From Blasia pusilla (lineage: Eukaryota), in the NCBI GenBank assembly GCA_050084515.1, contig CM114271.1, positions 38,688,001 through 38,752,000 of the forward strand: 64,000 nt of DNA, read 5' to 3'. The position numbers and the translations under genes were made by a program. Of the stretch, positions 1 to 13,308 are shown piece by piece. Position 1 is the first letter of the stretch; every line of letters starts with the position of its first letter. The notes under the pieces were generated by a model that saw only the letters and a program-made list of their open reading frames with translations, searched no databases and had not been told where the DNA came from.

Positions 1-3000
1 AGTAACCATATGCTCTCTCCAACCTTCATAAATTCAACACCAAGGAAGTACTTGAGTTCTCCCAAATCCTTCATATCAAATTCTGCCAGTAAGTTTAGCT
101 TGACTTGTTGTACCATATCCTCAATACTCCCAATAATCAAGAGGTCGTCGACATACAAAAAAATAAGAACCGTATGATCCTGTTCTCTTAAGACATATAA
201 CAAGGAGTCAGAATCACATACCCTAAAATCCAACTCTTGTAGGACGTATGTAATCTTGCCATACCAAGCTCTTGGAGCTTGTTTGAGCCCGTATAGAGCT
301 TTCTTCTACCTGCATACGCGAAATGGAAACTTGGGATGCTCGTATCCAAGTATTTGAGTCATATATACCTCCTCATATAGATCTTCATTCAAGAAGGCAT
401 TCTTGACATCCATGTGATATAATCTCCACTTCTTACTTACTGCAACTACAACCATTGTTCTGGTAGTCGCCATCTTTACAACATGACTAAATATTTCCTC
501 ATAATCGATGCCATATTGTTGTGTATAGTCCTTATTCACCAATCTTTCTTTGTATCTGTTAATTGTACCATCTTGATTGCGCTTGATTTTGTAAATCCAT
601 TTGCAACCAATAGCTTCCTTACCCGAAGGTATATCAAGTCCCAGGTCTATTGATGTCTTAATGTAGCAAGCTCTTCCTCCATAGCTTCAGTCCATTCGAC
701 TTTACTTGTAGCTTCTTCAAAACAACTCGGCTCCTGTTCTTGAAGGGTAGTCATCATATATGCATGATGTGTTGCAAGGAAATCTTCATTTATGAAGCTA
801 TGAATAGCATGTGTGACTCTACTTGATCTACAAAGTTGTTATTCAGAGGTAGATGCCTCTGACACCTAACTCGAGCTCTGACTAGATCAAAAGACTAAAT
901 ACATTATGTTCCCATCCATGGACTCACACATTTAACTCATGAATCTAGGACCTCTCTTAATCCTACATTAGTACTTAGGGAATTTGAAGGTAATGTCTGT
1001 TGGTTTGCAATCATATTCTCCCCCTGAACAGACCAGTTTAGAGGTGGAATAGGCTCAAATGGATCATACAATAACTTTAGCTCATCAAAGACAACGTCGT
1101 GACTAATTATAAGCTTCCTAGAAGATGGAATGTAGCACTTATATCCCTTAGTTCCATCAGCGTAGCCAATGAATATACATCTTTCAGATTTGGGGTGTAA
1201 TTTTTGACGTCTTTTAGAAGGAACATGAGCATAACAAATATAACCGAATACTTTCAAGAAAAGAAAACCAGATTTACTTCTTGTTAAGATTTCAAATGGA
1301 TTCTTATCATGAACTCATGTTGTTGGAGTTCGGTTGATTAAGAAGACTGCACATGCTACACCCTTTGCCTAATACACCTTAGGCATGTTCTTCTCATTCA
1401 ACATAGTTCGTGCCACCTCAATAATATGTGATTCTTCCTCTCAGCCACTCCATTTTGTTGTGGAGTGTAACGGCAAGTCACTTGACGGTGGATGCCATTC
1501 TGACCTAAATAATCATCAAAATCTACTGAAAGATACTCTTTTCCTCCATCACAACGCAATTTCAGAATGTGTTCTCCAGTCTGCTTCTCTACTAAAACTC
1601 TGAACGTTTGGTACAGTGAGAATACCTCTGACTTGGCTTTCAGAAAGTATATCCATATATACCTAGAGAAGTCATCAATAAATGAAAAAAAGTACGAATA
1701 ATCACGAATAATCAACTCTAATATCTTGGATGCTCTTCTACCTTTCTTTCGAAAAGGAAATCTAGCTTTTTTTCCAAATTGGCAAGGAGGACATACCTCC
1801 AACGTAGCAGGACTCGCTAATTTAGGAAGTCCTATTATTAGATTAGATGATGAAAGACTCTGTAATCTTTGAAGATTCATATGTCTAATTCTCTTATGCC
1901 ATATATTTAGATTTGTGACTTATTGGTTAGTTTAATCATACATTGCTGTTTGAATCTTTGGCATAGAAACATCTAATTTGAATATTCTGCCAGATCTAGT
2001 CCCTTTGGCTATCATAGTCTGATCATCTATTGTTTCAATGAAACAACCATCTGTGTTGAACTTCACTTGATAACCATGTTCTACTATCTGTCCTACAGAA
2101 ATCAAGTTTCTTATAATGGTAGGAACATAGAGAAGATTTCCAAGAGCACAAAGACCATATGATGCTATTAGAACTTTATCGATATGCATGATATGATGCT
2201 GAGTGTCATCTCCTATGAGCACAATTGCAAGATCTTTCACCGGCTCCAAACTACTGAACCATTTAGCTTGTGAGATCATGTGATTTGATGCACTAGAGTC
2301 AATATACCAATCTGCTGTCGAGTCTTTCTTGACCATTGCTCCCATATGATGAGTCATGACCAAAAGATGCTCAATTTGTGAATGTTGCTGTTCTTGGTAC
2401 TGCCCTTGGTGTTGTTACTCTACATGGTTTTATTGTTGTAAGGCTTATGTTCTCATATCTACCTTCTTCTTGAAGCAAAACTTTGCATAGTGATCTTTTA
2501 TTTCACAATAATTGTAAGATCTAGGGACCCTCTCCTGTTGACCTCGACCCTAACGGTTTTTCCACCATTACCACCTTGTGATCGTGTTTGATACTGATTT
2601 ATAGTTGATTGAGTAACATTATATTGAGTGCCTCTTCCTCCATATGCTTGATATCCACCATGACCACGGAAGCTTCTACATGACCCTTGCCTCTGTTTGA
2701 TCCATAACCTGCAAATAGCGCACTGTCTTGCAGACTAGATGAGCTACCGCTGCCTACTAGGCGCATCTCTTCACTGATTGATAGTGGGACTAACTCTTGA
2801 AAGGTTGGATACTTCTTTCTCACAAAGATAGAATTCTCAAAGGACTTGTAATCCTTTGGAAGGACTTGAAGAGTGAACAAAATCAGATCATCATCTTCTA
2901 CTGTTACTCCAATATTATTCAACTGATCAACAAAATATATTATACTCAAAATATAATCATTAATGCTCTACGATCCTTTCCTCACTTTGTTCAATTGCTG

Positions 3001-3327
3001 TTTCAATTGAAGCTTTATGGCCTTTGTAGATGTCTCGAATAACTTTTCCAATGCATCCCAGGCCTCCTTTGGAATATCAATATCTTGAATGTGATCTATC
3101 ATTGGCGAATTGATAATTATTGAAATGTAGTGGATTACTTGCCAAGCGTATTTCTTCAAAGCGTGAACATTCAAGTCTGTTGAGTTACCTTCTGGCTTGG
3201 CCTCATCACTAGTGATAAGCTCCCATAGTTCTTGACCCATGAGAAATTGTTTCATACGAAACTTCCAGACATTGTAATTCTGCTTATCTAGCTTATCGCC
3301 TTAATCATATGTTGAGGTATACTCCAT
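1..3327 (-). pseudogene. copia gag-pol polyprotein, fragmented by stops and frameshifts
   Basis: ORFs 2968-3255, 2599-2949, 1932-2363, 1398-1880, 937-1257 and 306-542 carry consecutive gag, PR, IN and RT motifs. Confidence 0.9.
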
Positions 3328-3826
3328 GACGAGCGATTTCACTCACAAAACTGGAATTTCATGCACTCCACTACTCCAATTGAAGCATGGACCACTCCTA
3401 CATAGAAGCCAACCTGAAATGTGCCAAAATTGATCAAATGTTTGAAAGAACTAGTCGAAATTGGCATGTAGAGAGCAAACTGCACTACGTTTCTTCACTC
3501 TTTGCACTTTCCTACATTGAAATTGGTTTCGTAGGACCTCACAATGTCAAAATCATGCAATTTTGGATGTGTTGGAAATCTCTCAACGAGCTCTACAAGA
3601 CGGCTGGAACCAGCCTTCGGGCGTCATTCTAACCTATACGGACCCAGATGGCTAAATCGATCGAAAAAAAAACGCCTCCAAAATTTTATCACCATCAAAG
3701 CTCCACCTGAAATTTGCACCCACTGAGCTTTGAACAAAAATTTCCTTCTCCCCAACTAAAATTGTGCCTTCTCTTACCTCTCTTCTCTCCTCAAACACCA
3801 AGAATGTCAAGTGATGTTCTCATATC

Positions 3827-3838
3827 GCTCTGATACCA
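3827..3838 (-). promoter_or_regulatory. primer-binding site (initiator tRNA-Met) of copia A
   Basis: Minus strand reads TGGTATCAGAGC directly after the LTR-terminal CA (plus-strand TG at 3839-3840). Confidence 0.9.
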
Positions 3839-4339
3839 TGTCAAAACTTGCTAAAGAAGCATAACTGGTGGGAAACGATCCTCACACTCACACAACACCA
3901 TGGAGAACAAAATTTTGCAATGAGAGAATAAGTGGAGGTTGGTCCCCTTCTCAATTATATAGGATATGTACAAGCAACCATAATCTCGAGTTAGACTAAC
4001 TCTGATTAACTAACCCTAGTTAAGATAATCGCGCTTAATCGACTAACCAAGATTAAGCTTCCCTACTTGGTATGAGTACCAAATATAGCAGTTAAGGTAT
4101 CTCAGAGCAAGAAATGCGGAGGAAGGGGTTGTAGGGCCGGGCCAAGATCAGACGGTCTGATTTTGGCCGCCGTGAACAAACAGTGACGGATCAGATAGAA
4201 TATGCGCGAGATCGGACCGTTCGATCTCACAACCCTAGATCTAACAGTCAGGGCTACATACGGTTCCCCATCCCTCCGTCCTAACCTAGATCGGACGTCC
4301 TACATTGAAAAGATCCAAAGATGCAAAATGTAGGCCCCT

Positions 4340-4840
4340 TTTTTGGTCCTTTTAAATATTTCCTAAATTTTCCCTTTATTTGCCTTTTTCCCTCTTTTCC
4401 ATTTTTTTTTTTTTTTCATTTTTCCATCATTTTCCCCATCTTTACCTTTATTTTTTTCCTTCCCCCTTCTAAACTTTTTTCTCTCCGGTTCTTACCCTTT
4501 TCTTAATTTTTCCCTTCTCCTCCCTTTAAAAAATGTACTCTTTCCCACCTTACTACCTTGAAAATTTATTTTTCCAAAATTTCCTTCTCCTTTCCCCATC
4601 CTTACCTTTTTATTTTCTCTTCCTCTTCTAAATTTTTTTCCCTTTTTTTTACTTTTTCCCTTTTAAAAATTCAACTCGCCCACAAGAAATTTCTCACGTT
4701 TCTTTTTCCATGTTTTTTTCCCCATCTTTACCTTCTTATATTTTCCCCTTCTAAATATTTCTCCACAATTTTGCCTTCTCTTACTTTTTTCCTTTCTTTT
4801 CCCTTTTTTCAAAATTTTACTCTTGCATACAAAGATTTCT
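4340..4840 (+). repeat. pyrimidine (T/C)-rich low-complexity tract in the 5' region of Helitron A
   Basis: Runs of T and C. A comparable tract lies on the minus strand in the 5' region of Helitron B (27330-27740). Confidence 0.8.
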
Positions 4841-7103
4841 AACCAATTCTCTTCATGTATTTGGTTGATATCTTATAAGTCCACAAATGGTTGGTGGAGT
4901 GAAGAATTATGCACTTCGTGATATTACAAATTTACCTCTTAACTTGCAGCATGTAGAAGTACCCCCTAGTCCTTTGATTCTAATATCCCCAAGGTACGGT
5001 AACCAAGTTCATGTAATCTCTTTTTACAGTTGGCTTTTGTGAGGGTTTTGCATTGCATTTTTACCCAAGTATTTAACAATATGTTGGCCTTATTGTACAG
5101 ACTTCCTGTTCCAAGAAATCCTTCAGATTTATGCGATTAGCGAAAGGTACTTCACGCCAAGGCGCAAAAACGAAATTGAGCAATTCGTGCTCAAAAGTTA
5201 GGAGATCGGAGAAAATGACAACCCCCGGTTCATTCAACCATCTCCCACGTATGTTTTGCCTACGGACCATATATTGCACTTTGAATTATAATCCCTTCTA
5301 GCCTTTTTTGGCCTACTCAAGCAAATTCGTGGTGTCTCAAACTAACTTTGTTCCATGCTAAGTGATTGATAGACTTATTATTTCATCAAATCCAACTTCT
5401 TTTCATGAATTTCAAAAGGTGTTATGTGGGGATGCCCAGAAATAAAAACTAATTCTATGTGTAAAGAGTTTACCACTGAAAAAACAAAAAAATGCAATTT
5501 ATCATTGAGATTACGAAAGAAGAAGGGAAGTTCAAGGCGGAAGCCGTCACAATCTCTGTGACGATGGAACTACTATGCTAGACCTAAGTTCTTCCTCCAT
5601 GATTAATGATAAAACATGGTATGTATTTTCTCACGTTTGCTATATCATACATACGATGCATATTCCAAGGAAATTTTTATGATGCTATTCTAACTTTTTG
5701 TTTACAGACCCGTGACTCATGAGGGGATTATAGACATTCCCAATATAACATGTAACATTCCTATTATGGAGGATATCTGTGTACCTCGAGATGGACAACC
5801 TATGAATAATTCGATGACCATATGGAGGACATATCTATTCAACAAGATAATGACATTATAGTCGTCGAGCAAGTATCTTCCGCATCTCATGGATTAACTC
5901 TCCCAATTGAGAGAGCTCAATCACCGAGTCATATTTGTGTACGTGAAGATGGTCAACCTATGAATAATGCTACAACTATTATTTAGGACATATCTATTCA
6001 ACAAGATGACGAGGTTATCAATAATATCTCCACACTTAATACATTCGAGGTATCTACTCATGTAACGCCTAGAGTTGTCAAGCAAGTACCTTATGTATAT
6101 CATGGATTAAATATCCCAACCGAGATTTCTCAATCACCGATTCATAATGTTAGACGAGTTTCAAGAGTTAACACGTCACTCAATGTTGCACGAATTCGGA
6201 ACTTCCAAGAGAGCGATATAATGAAGTTAAGACTACGAACAAGTATCAACCAAGTAACTTGGCGTCATACTATTGGTTCTATGATAGAAATATGCCTTTA
6301 ATGCTATGCCCTACATTGGAAGTGTGAAAGGGTGAAGAGTACAAGGTATCAAAACTCGCCGTTGTAATCACGGAAAAGTACAACTCCCATTCTTAAGGTA
6401 TTCTTCTCCTTTCTTGAAATCGTTGATTTCTAGTGTTGGAGCTCAAAGTCTTCGTTTTCTTTCACACACTCAAGCTTATAATTATGCTCTTCAGTAAGCA
6501 TCTATTGGATCTCAAGTCAAGGAGCACGTTGTTGGCACTAGACACTTTCATATTCAAGGTGGAATTTATCACAACATCAGCCCATTTCATCTAGATGAGG
6601 GGAGTAATCCCCAATTTGCTCAATGATACATCTATGACACTCAAAATGAATTGGAAAATCGAGGAAGAGTTATGTATGATGATCTTCGACCAGATATCTT
6701 AAGAGGGTTGCAAGATATGTTACATGAACATAATTCCTATGTGAGGATATTTCCACACATTGCAAATGAGGCAAGTGAACCTAATCTTCGTATCATTCTA
6801 ATGGCGCATAATCAAGGGATGGATTCCAAACGTTATAGCTTACCAACCGTATCCAATGTTGCTGCAATCTTACCTGGTGATGGCAATAAACATCTTAACC
6901 CACGTGATATTATTGTCCAATTACATGGTGGAGGAGTTCGTCATATTTCAGATTTAAATGAAGCGTATGATCCATTGCATTTTGTTCTATTATTTATCTT
7001 GGATGAAGCAAGATGGCATCTAAGAATATTTCTTGGGAGATTTGAAGAAACCACAATTGCCAATATTCCTACTACCGTTGTCGTAAAGTAAAATCAGCCA
7101 GTG

Positions 7104-8355
7104 TGTAAAACTCCTTCCTCGTTAAATGTTAGATAGAGTTTTATTAGTATTAAGTAAATTATCTTAGATAAAAGAAATTCCCATGTTTAAAACTCTTTAT
7201 GTGCCTCTTTTAGCAGGCCCATACTAGGAAAAGACGTAATAAATAAAAGATGACTTTATAAAAGTAAAGTAGTGAGGTTGGTGCTTTAATGGAAAAACAA
7301 AAGTAGTCTTGGTTGGTGGCTATGTTAGTTGGGGTAATTTGGAAAATATCAAGTGGGTAAAAGAGGATATTTTGGAAGAGATAAGAGGAAATCTACTTGT
7401 GTCAAAATGTGATTGGCTAAGCCTTGAGAGGAAGCCATATGGCATAAGATAAGATTAGCTCTATTTCGTACTCTTGTGGATCACTTGTGAGTATATAAAG
7501 AGGAGGGACCTTCAAGGGTTCAACACCTTCTATTCCACATCTTGAGTCTCTCGTGTTACTCTTGAGTGTATGGCTTTAGGATTGCTTGCTCTTCTAATGA
7601 GAATGGATCAACCCTCTTGGGAGAGTAATTTGACCATGGTCTATTCTTCGAGAGATTTCTAGAGTGTGGTGTGTGTGTGGAGATGAGAGGTTTTTCACCT
7701 TAGAGGAGTTTAGTCATACTAAAATAGGGAATGTTTTGGCTTGTTATTTTCCCAATGAGAGTGGATTATTCCTCTTGCGAGAATAATTCCGCCAAAACTC
7801 ATTCTTGAGGAGAGTAGAGAATGTCTGTCAAGCATAGATAGGGGTGGAGCACGAGTTGTGCCCGAATTTCCTTTCCTCAATCCATGCCATGTCAAGGTAC
7901 TCTTTGTAGATAGGCATTGGTTCACTCGCTATTTAATTTATTACTTTGGGGAGGCGTTCATTAACCAGGTCATTCAATCTCAAACTCCGGTGATCCTTCC
8001 TATCGTCACATATGGAAGGACATGGGATTGTAGTTTGTATGTCCTTATATAGCAATCTATGGACGTCAATAGGCCTGCTCAAGTAGGATTTAATAATAGT
8101 TATGCTATCTTCCTCGTGTACATGCGTAAAGTAGTTTATAGGGATTTTATAGTTAGGAATTTCTGGGTCCGATGTTACGAAGAAGTGATCGCTTCGACAC
8201 TTTCATTTGTGATACCTGTTGTGAGAGAATGGAGAGTATACATAATTATTTTGTATTGAAAAAGGAGAACTTCTTAGAGAGTTCATCTTGCATCGACCAC
8301 GTCTGTTGCAGCTAGAAGCCCTGCCCTTACTCGAAGAAAGGCTCTCGACACGACA
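7104..8355 (+). mobile_element. probable solo LTR (~1.25 kb) inserted in the Helitron A coding region
   Basis: TG...CA ends, near-TSD CAGTG/CCGTG (4 of 5 match) and TATATAAA near 7492. Removing it gives a continuous frame (NQPV|HGDMEGFDDC) that is colinear with Helitron B. Confidence 0.6.
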
Positions 8356-10503
8356 CCGTGCATGGAGACATGGAAGGATTCGATGATTGTGTAGAGGAAG
8401 AAAGAATTAATGATGAGATTTCTCATGAAGGAAGGAGAAAAACTGTTATAACGCTATAATTTGCCCCTTTTTGACTTCAAACCCGTGTCAGTACCGAAGA
8501 CGATAAATATTTGCTTCAATTTGGTCTTTTTACTCAAGAATACATGGTTGATATGTATGCTACAATAGAGATGCAAAGGCTATATTGGGTTTGATTAAAT
8601 CAAAAGAAGGTGCAAGCAGAACTATATCAAGGTCTAAAGGATGTCATGTATCAAAGTGACAGAGATGGTGCAAGGTTTGGGAGGCGCATTGTTTTGCCTT
8701 CTTCTTTTAGTGGAGGTCCACGCCATATGCATCAACTTTATCAAGATGCAATCGCCCTTTTAAGGCACCATGGGAAACCGGATTACTTTCTAACAATGAC
8801 AAGCAATCCTAAATGGGACCACATCAACACTATTACCTGATCAACAACCTACTGATAGACCAGATTTGATTGTGCGAGTTTTTGAGAAAAAAAGGATAGT
8901 TATTAAGGCCTATTCTCGAGAAGCATATATTGGGAAAGGTTGTTAGTTGCATTCATGTGGTTGAATTCCGAAAAATAGGTTTACCACATGTACATATTTT
9001 GATTATTCTTGATCATGAGGATAAGTCATGCTCAACATCCGATTATGATGATATAATATTTGATGAGATCCCTAATCTAAACATTCATCCCAGATTTCAT
9101 TCTACACTAGCTAATTGCATGGTTCATGGCCCATGTGGACAACTCAATCCAAATGCTCCATGCATGGATAAGGAAAGCAAGAAGTGTACCAAAGGCTATC
9201 CTAAGTCTTATCGTATGGGATGAGGCACCGATAACTCATCGCCATGCATTTGAGGATGTAAATCAATCCTTTCAAGATATCATGGGAGTGGTATCAGAAG
9301 ACTTGAGGAATGTTCCGTTCGGTGGCAAATTAATGATCTTTGGTGGGGATTTTTGCCAAGTGTTACCTGTTGTTCGTCATGGAGACCGTCCAAAAATTAT
9401 TCAAGCTACATTAAAGAGAGGTCATATTTATGATCTCATGTGAGGGTAATGAATCTTACAACGAATATGAGAGTTGAAAATTTGGAAATGAACATGCGTG
9501 TACAACAACAAGCTTTTGCAGATTGGCTATTGGAGGTTGGAGAGGGTTGTGTGCCTTCCGAATCTCACTTAGGAGAGGATTTTATACGATTTTCAAATGA
9601 TATGGTGACCAAGAGTAAGAAGATAAGTGATCTTATTAACATCATCTATGGAAATGATTATGAAAATTTTCGTGACATCAACTTTTTGAGAGATACAACA
9701 ATTCTTACACCAAAAAATCGATATGTTGATGACATCAATGCAAAAGTGATGTCTCGATTCTATGGAGAGGTAATATTATTTTTCAAATAATTTTCATGTT
9801 ATTTTCTTCATAAGTACTTGGATCATATTATGCATCAAAACTAAAATCATCTTCTAAGGTATGTTTGTTCTCTGCAGGAACGTACTTATCTTAGTATTGA
9901 TTCTGTTCCGAATGAGGGAATGAGTTATATCTATCCGACATAATTCTTAAGTACCTACTTACCATCACGTTTTCCACCACATCGTTTAAGCTTGAAAATT
10001 GATGCACCTATAATGCTTTTACGAAACTTGAACGGTTCAAAGGGACAAGCCAATGAAACTCGATTGGTTATCCGTGGATTTTTGCAACATATTATTGATG
10101 TCAAAATTATCACATATAAGAACATTAGAGATTGAGTCTTTATTCCACGAATTCCATTGATTGCATCATACTCGGATTTACCTTTTGATTTAATTTTCTT
10201 ATTCGTCTTGCTTTTACCATGATTGTCAATAAATCTCAAAACCAAAATTTGAAAAATATAAGAATTTATCTACCTACTTCAATATTATCTATGATCAATT
10301 ATATATAATATTATCTAAAATAAGAATTATCTAAAAATGCACTCACAGGAAATGCAATACTTCAATGAAATAAATTACGCGTGGCACGGATAAGAGTCTC
10401 ACGTGGACAACCGAAGAAAAAAAGAGCGCGAAAGATCTTAAAATTACATCCTCCTCGTAATATATCCTCGGGACCTCAACGTCTCCCATATCTTCCACTT
10501 GAA

Positions 10504-10531
10504 CTAGTAAGGTGCCCGTGCGATGCACGGG
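10504..10531 (-). terminator. Helitron B 3' terminal hairpin and CTAG end
   Basis: Minus strand reads CCCGTGC-ATC-GCACGGG-caccttaCTAG|T: a perfect 7-bp GC-rich stem, then CTAG followed by host T. Confidence 0.93.
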
Positions 10532-12553
10532 TGTAAGAGGGAATACAAAAGATGCAAATAGGCAAGAAGGAATCAATTTTTCTGATCTGATTTTTAAATA
10601 TTTATTTTATCCAAAAATTTCTTTATACAATACATTCCGTGTATAGTCTCCTTCCTTATTTGAATGTTCATCGCTTCCAATTGTAATGTGGATAGAACTT
10701 CTCTTCCCTACTCTAGATAATGCTACATACAATTGGCCATGAGAAAATACTAGAGTAGGCAAGTAAATGCACACCTTTTGCAAAGTTTGACCTTGGGACT
10801 TATTGATAGTCATAGCAAAATCCGGTCGAATAGAGAATGGAAACCTACGTAAATCAAATGGCAAACCTGAATCTGATGCAATCAATGGGATATGTGGAAC
10901 AAAAATTTGATCTCCAATATTCTTCCCTGTGATAATTTCAACATCTATTCAATGTTGCATAAATCCACAAATCACCAATCTTGTCCCATTTGCTTGTCCA
11001 TGTGCTCCATTCATATTTCGTAAGAACATGATTGGTGCCCCAATCTTCAAACACAATCGGTGCGGAGGAAGTCCTGAAAGCAAGCATGTGTTCAAAAATT
11101 CAGTTGGATATATATGAGTCACCCCTTGTTTGGAATAGAGACGATTTGAGGTAAACTTGCTCAGACACAAAATATAATGAGTTTGTAAGAAAAGGTAATA
11201 TTAATATCCAAACTTGTAATTGAATAACTCTTTTATAAAAGTTAAAGGGATTACCTCTCCTGGAAACCGTGATATTACGCTTGCATTTATGTCATCTACA
11301 TCTTGATTTCTCAGAGTCAAAATTTCCGTATCTCTCAAGAAATCAATGTAATTGAATTCGGATGGAAAATTTCCACATATCTAATCAATAAGATCTCATA
11401 TCTTATTACTTCTAGCAACAATTTTAGATGGTAATTGTATAAATTCTTCTCCCAAATGTGGATGCAAAGGTACACGACCCTCTCCCACTTCTAATAACCA
11501 ATGAGCAAAAGCTTGTTGTTCACTATGTAAGTGACCTTCCAACCTCTGAACTCGTATGTTTGTAGTCAACTTCATTAGACCAAAGAGATGACCTCTTTAT
11601 GGTGGCTTTGATGATTTGCGGCCGATCCCCATGACGAACAACAGGCAACACTTAACGAAAATCACAACCAAATACCATAAGTTTTCCACCAAATGGTAAT
11701 TGTCGGTGTTCATAAGAAACAACTCCCATAATATCTTGTAAAGTTCGATTTACAACCTCAAATGTGTGACGATGAGCCATAAGAGCTTCGTCCCATATAA
11801 TAAGCATTGCATCACGGATTAAACGAGCTCCATCACTATTAACCGATAAACTACAATAAGAAAAGGGGAGTAAATTAGAACTTGTGCCACCAAAATTGGA
11901 GGAAGTTAAAATTTGTGCATCACCAAAATTGGCACTTACTTGCAAGTAGAGCTCTCATGAGGATTGATGGGGATTTTGAATTGCGAATGTGGAGTATGTC
12001 CTCCATCTAACAATAGAGCAGCTATTACTCATGATTCCACAGCCAGAGCTATACCTCTTGCACTCCTTACACTTGCAAGAAGAAGATTATATAAAATATT
12101 TTTCCCGTTCCACTTGGGCCATCGATGAATTTTTTTTGGAGATGGTGGAGCATCTAAGCATATTTTATCAAGCTCATCATGTATAGCATCCCAAATAATA
12201 CGTTGTCCTTTATTTAGACATGCTTCTCCCAATTTCACTTGCTCAAATAGTTCTTCTGTATCATACAATAGCTCTTCTTCGTCCAAATATGAATTTGATT
12301 GAAGTCGTTGGAAGTCAGGTTGGGGCATGTCTGGAAAGTCAGAAAATCTTTTTCTTTAATCTTGTAAATAATAATGGACTTCCAACAATGATGTATTAAC
12401 CATAGCATCTTCAACGGGAAGATTAGGAATTCCAATTTTCTACAAAATAGGATGATAATCCAAAATTGGTTAGATTGTTGAATGCTCAATAGAAGATACT
12501 ATTAGGAATGAAAAAAATGATGCAAGGATATTAATAAATTCTTACCAGACGCA

Positions 12554-13136
12554 TGTCGTGCGAATCCACATCGTCATACAACATACATCGTTGAAATACC
12601 ATACTCACATACATACAGAATATAGACGAGAGCATCCAAAAACACAAGTGTACCACAACTGAAATCCGTGAAAGACCTACTGTCATAAAACACGTATAGA
12701 ATCACATACAATCGAGCCAAACCCACTCCACGATGGGAGAATCCAGGTCGAAGCTTGCGGGAACCACCATAGCCAAGAGCTCTACTCACTACCAAGGCTA
12801 ACTCCCAACGCAACAGGCTCAACTCAAAGAACTAACGGTTCTTTGAGTGCACTCCACACTATATCCTCCAACCTAAGAGCGGGCCCTACTGGAAAAGTCA
12901 CCCTCAACTGAGTAACCCCCAACCCTATGTATGAAACCGCATCTCTACCTAGACATTACGGCCCTACATAAGGTATGGCCTCTACTAGCACACTATACTC
13001 AACGGCATAATCCGTATGGTCATGACAGCTGTCGTGCGAATCCACATCGTCATACAACATACATCGCTGACATACCATACTCACATACATACATAACATC
13101 GACAAGAGCATCCACAAACACAAGTGTACCAAAACT
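12554..13136 (-). repeat. composite 3' terminal repeat of DNMT-gypsy copy 1 (plus order A1-B1-gc-A2)
   Basis: The 107-bp A segment occurs twice (12554-12660 and 13030-13136). The 366-bp B segment (12662-13027) recurs at 21993-22358. The internal junction reads CATGACA-GC-TGTCGTG. Confidence 0.92.
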
Positions 13137-13137
13137 T

Positions 13138-13147
13138 GCCCCCCTAA
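13138..13147 (-). promoter_or_regulatory. putative polypurine tract of DNMT-gypsy copy 1
   Basis: Minus strand TTAGGGGGGC lies immediately before segment A. The same motif is at the same position in copy 2 (33582-33590). Confidence 0.7.
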
Positions 13148-13308
13148 CTGGCGGTTAGGTTCCTCTAACTCCCAGGTATCCCTATACATCTACTACATGC
13201 TATACACCTTCATGGATGCACGAATCAGAAGGCTGGGTGCTAGGTTGACCCATCGTTAGTCGCACATCTGTAATCCATATCATGCAAAGATCAAGTAATC
13301 TACCTCTC

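Larger units (their letters stand above)
1..4103 (-). mobile_element. Ty1/copia LTR retrotransposon A (degenerate, 3' part runs off the window start)
   Basis: Minus-strand fragments in copia order: gag (KLDKQNYNVWKFRM, EAWDALEKLF; 2599-3327), protease (WYIDSSASNHM), integrase (FIDDFSRYIWIYFL, LRCDGGKEY, PQQNGVAERKN), RT (HMDVKNAFLN, YVDDLL). tRNA-Met PBS at 3827-3838. The distal LTR boundary near 4103 is a guess. Confidence 0.9.
4104..10330 (+). mobile_element. Helitron A (RepHel, degenerate, internally deleted)
   Basis: PQFAQxYIYD, RYSLPTVSNVAAIL, AYDPLHFVLLF, RRIVLPSSFSGGPRHM, HUH motif EFRKIGLPHVHILI, MVHGPCG, then Pif1-like helicase IVWDEAP, FGGKLMIFGGDFCQVLPVV, LTTNMRV, LTPKN. Both ends are approximate. 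Confidence 0.88.

Noticed and set aside
4321-4842. Phe-rich ORFs resembling membrane proteins
   Set aside because: They are translation artefacts of the T/C-rich low-complexity tract.
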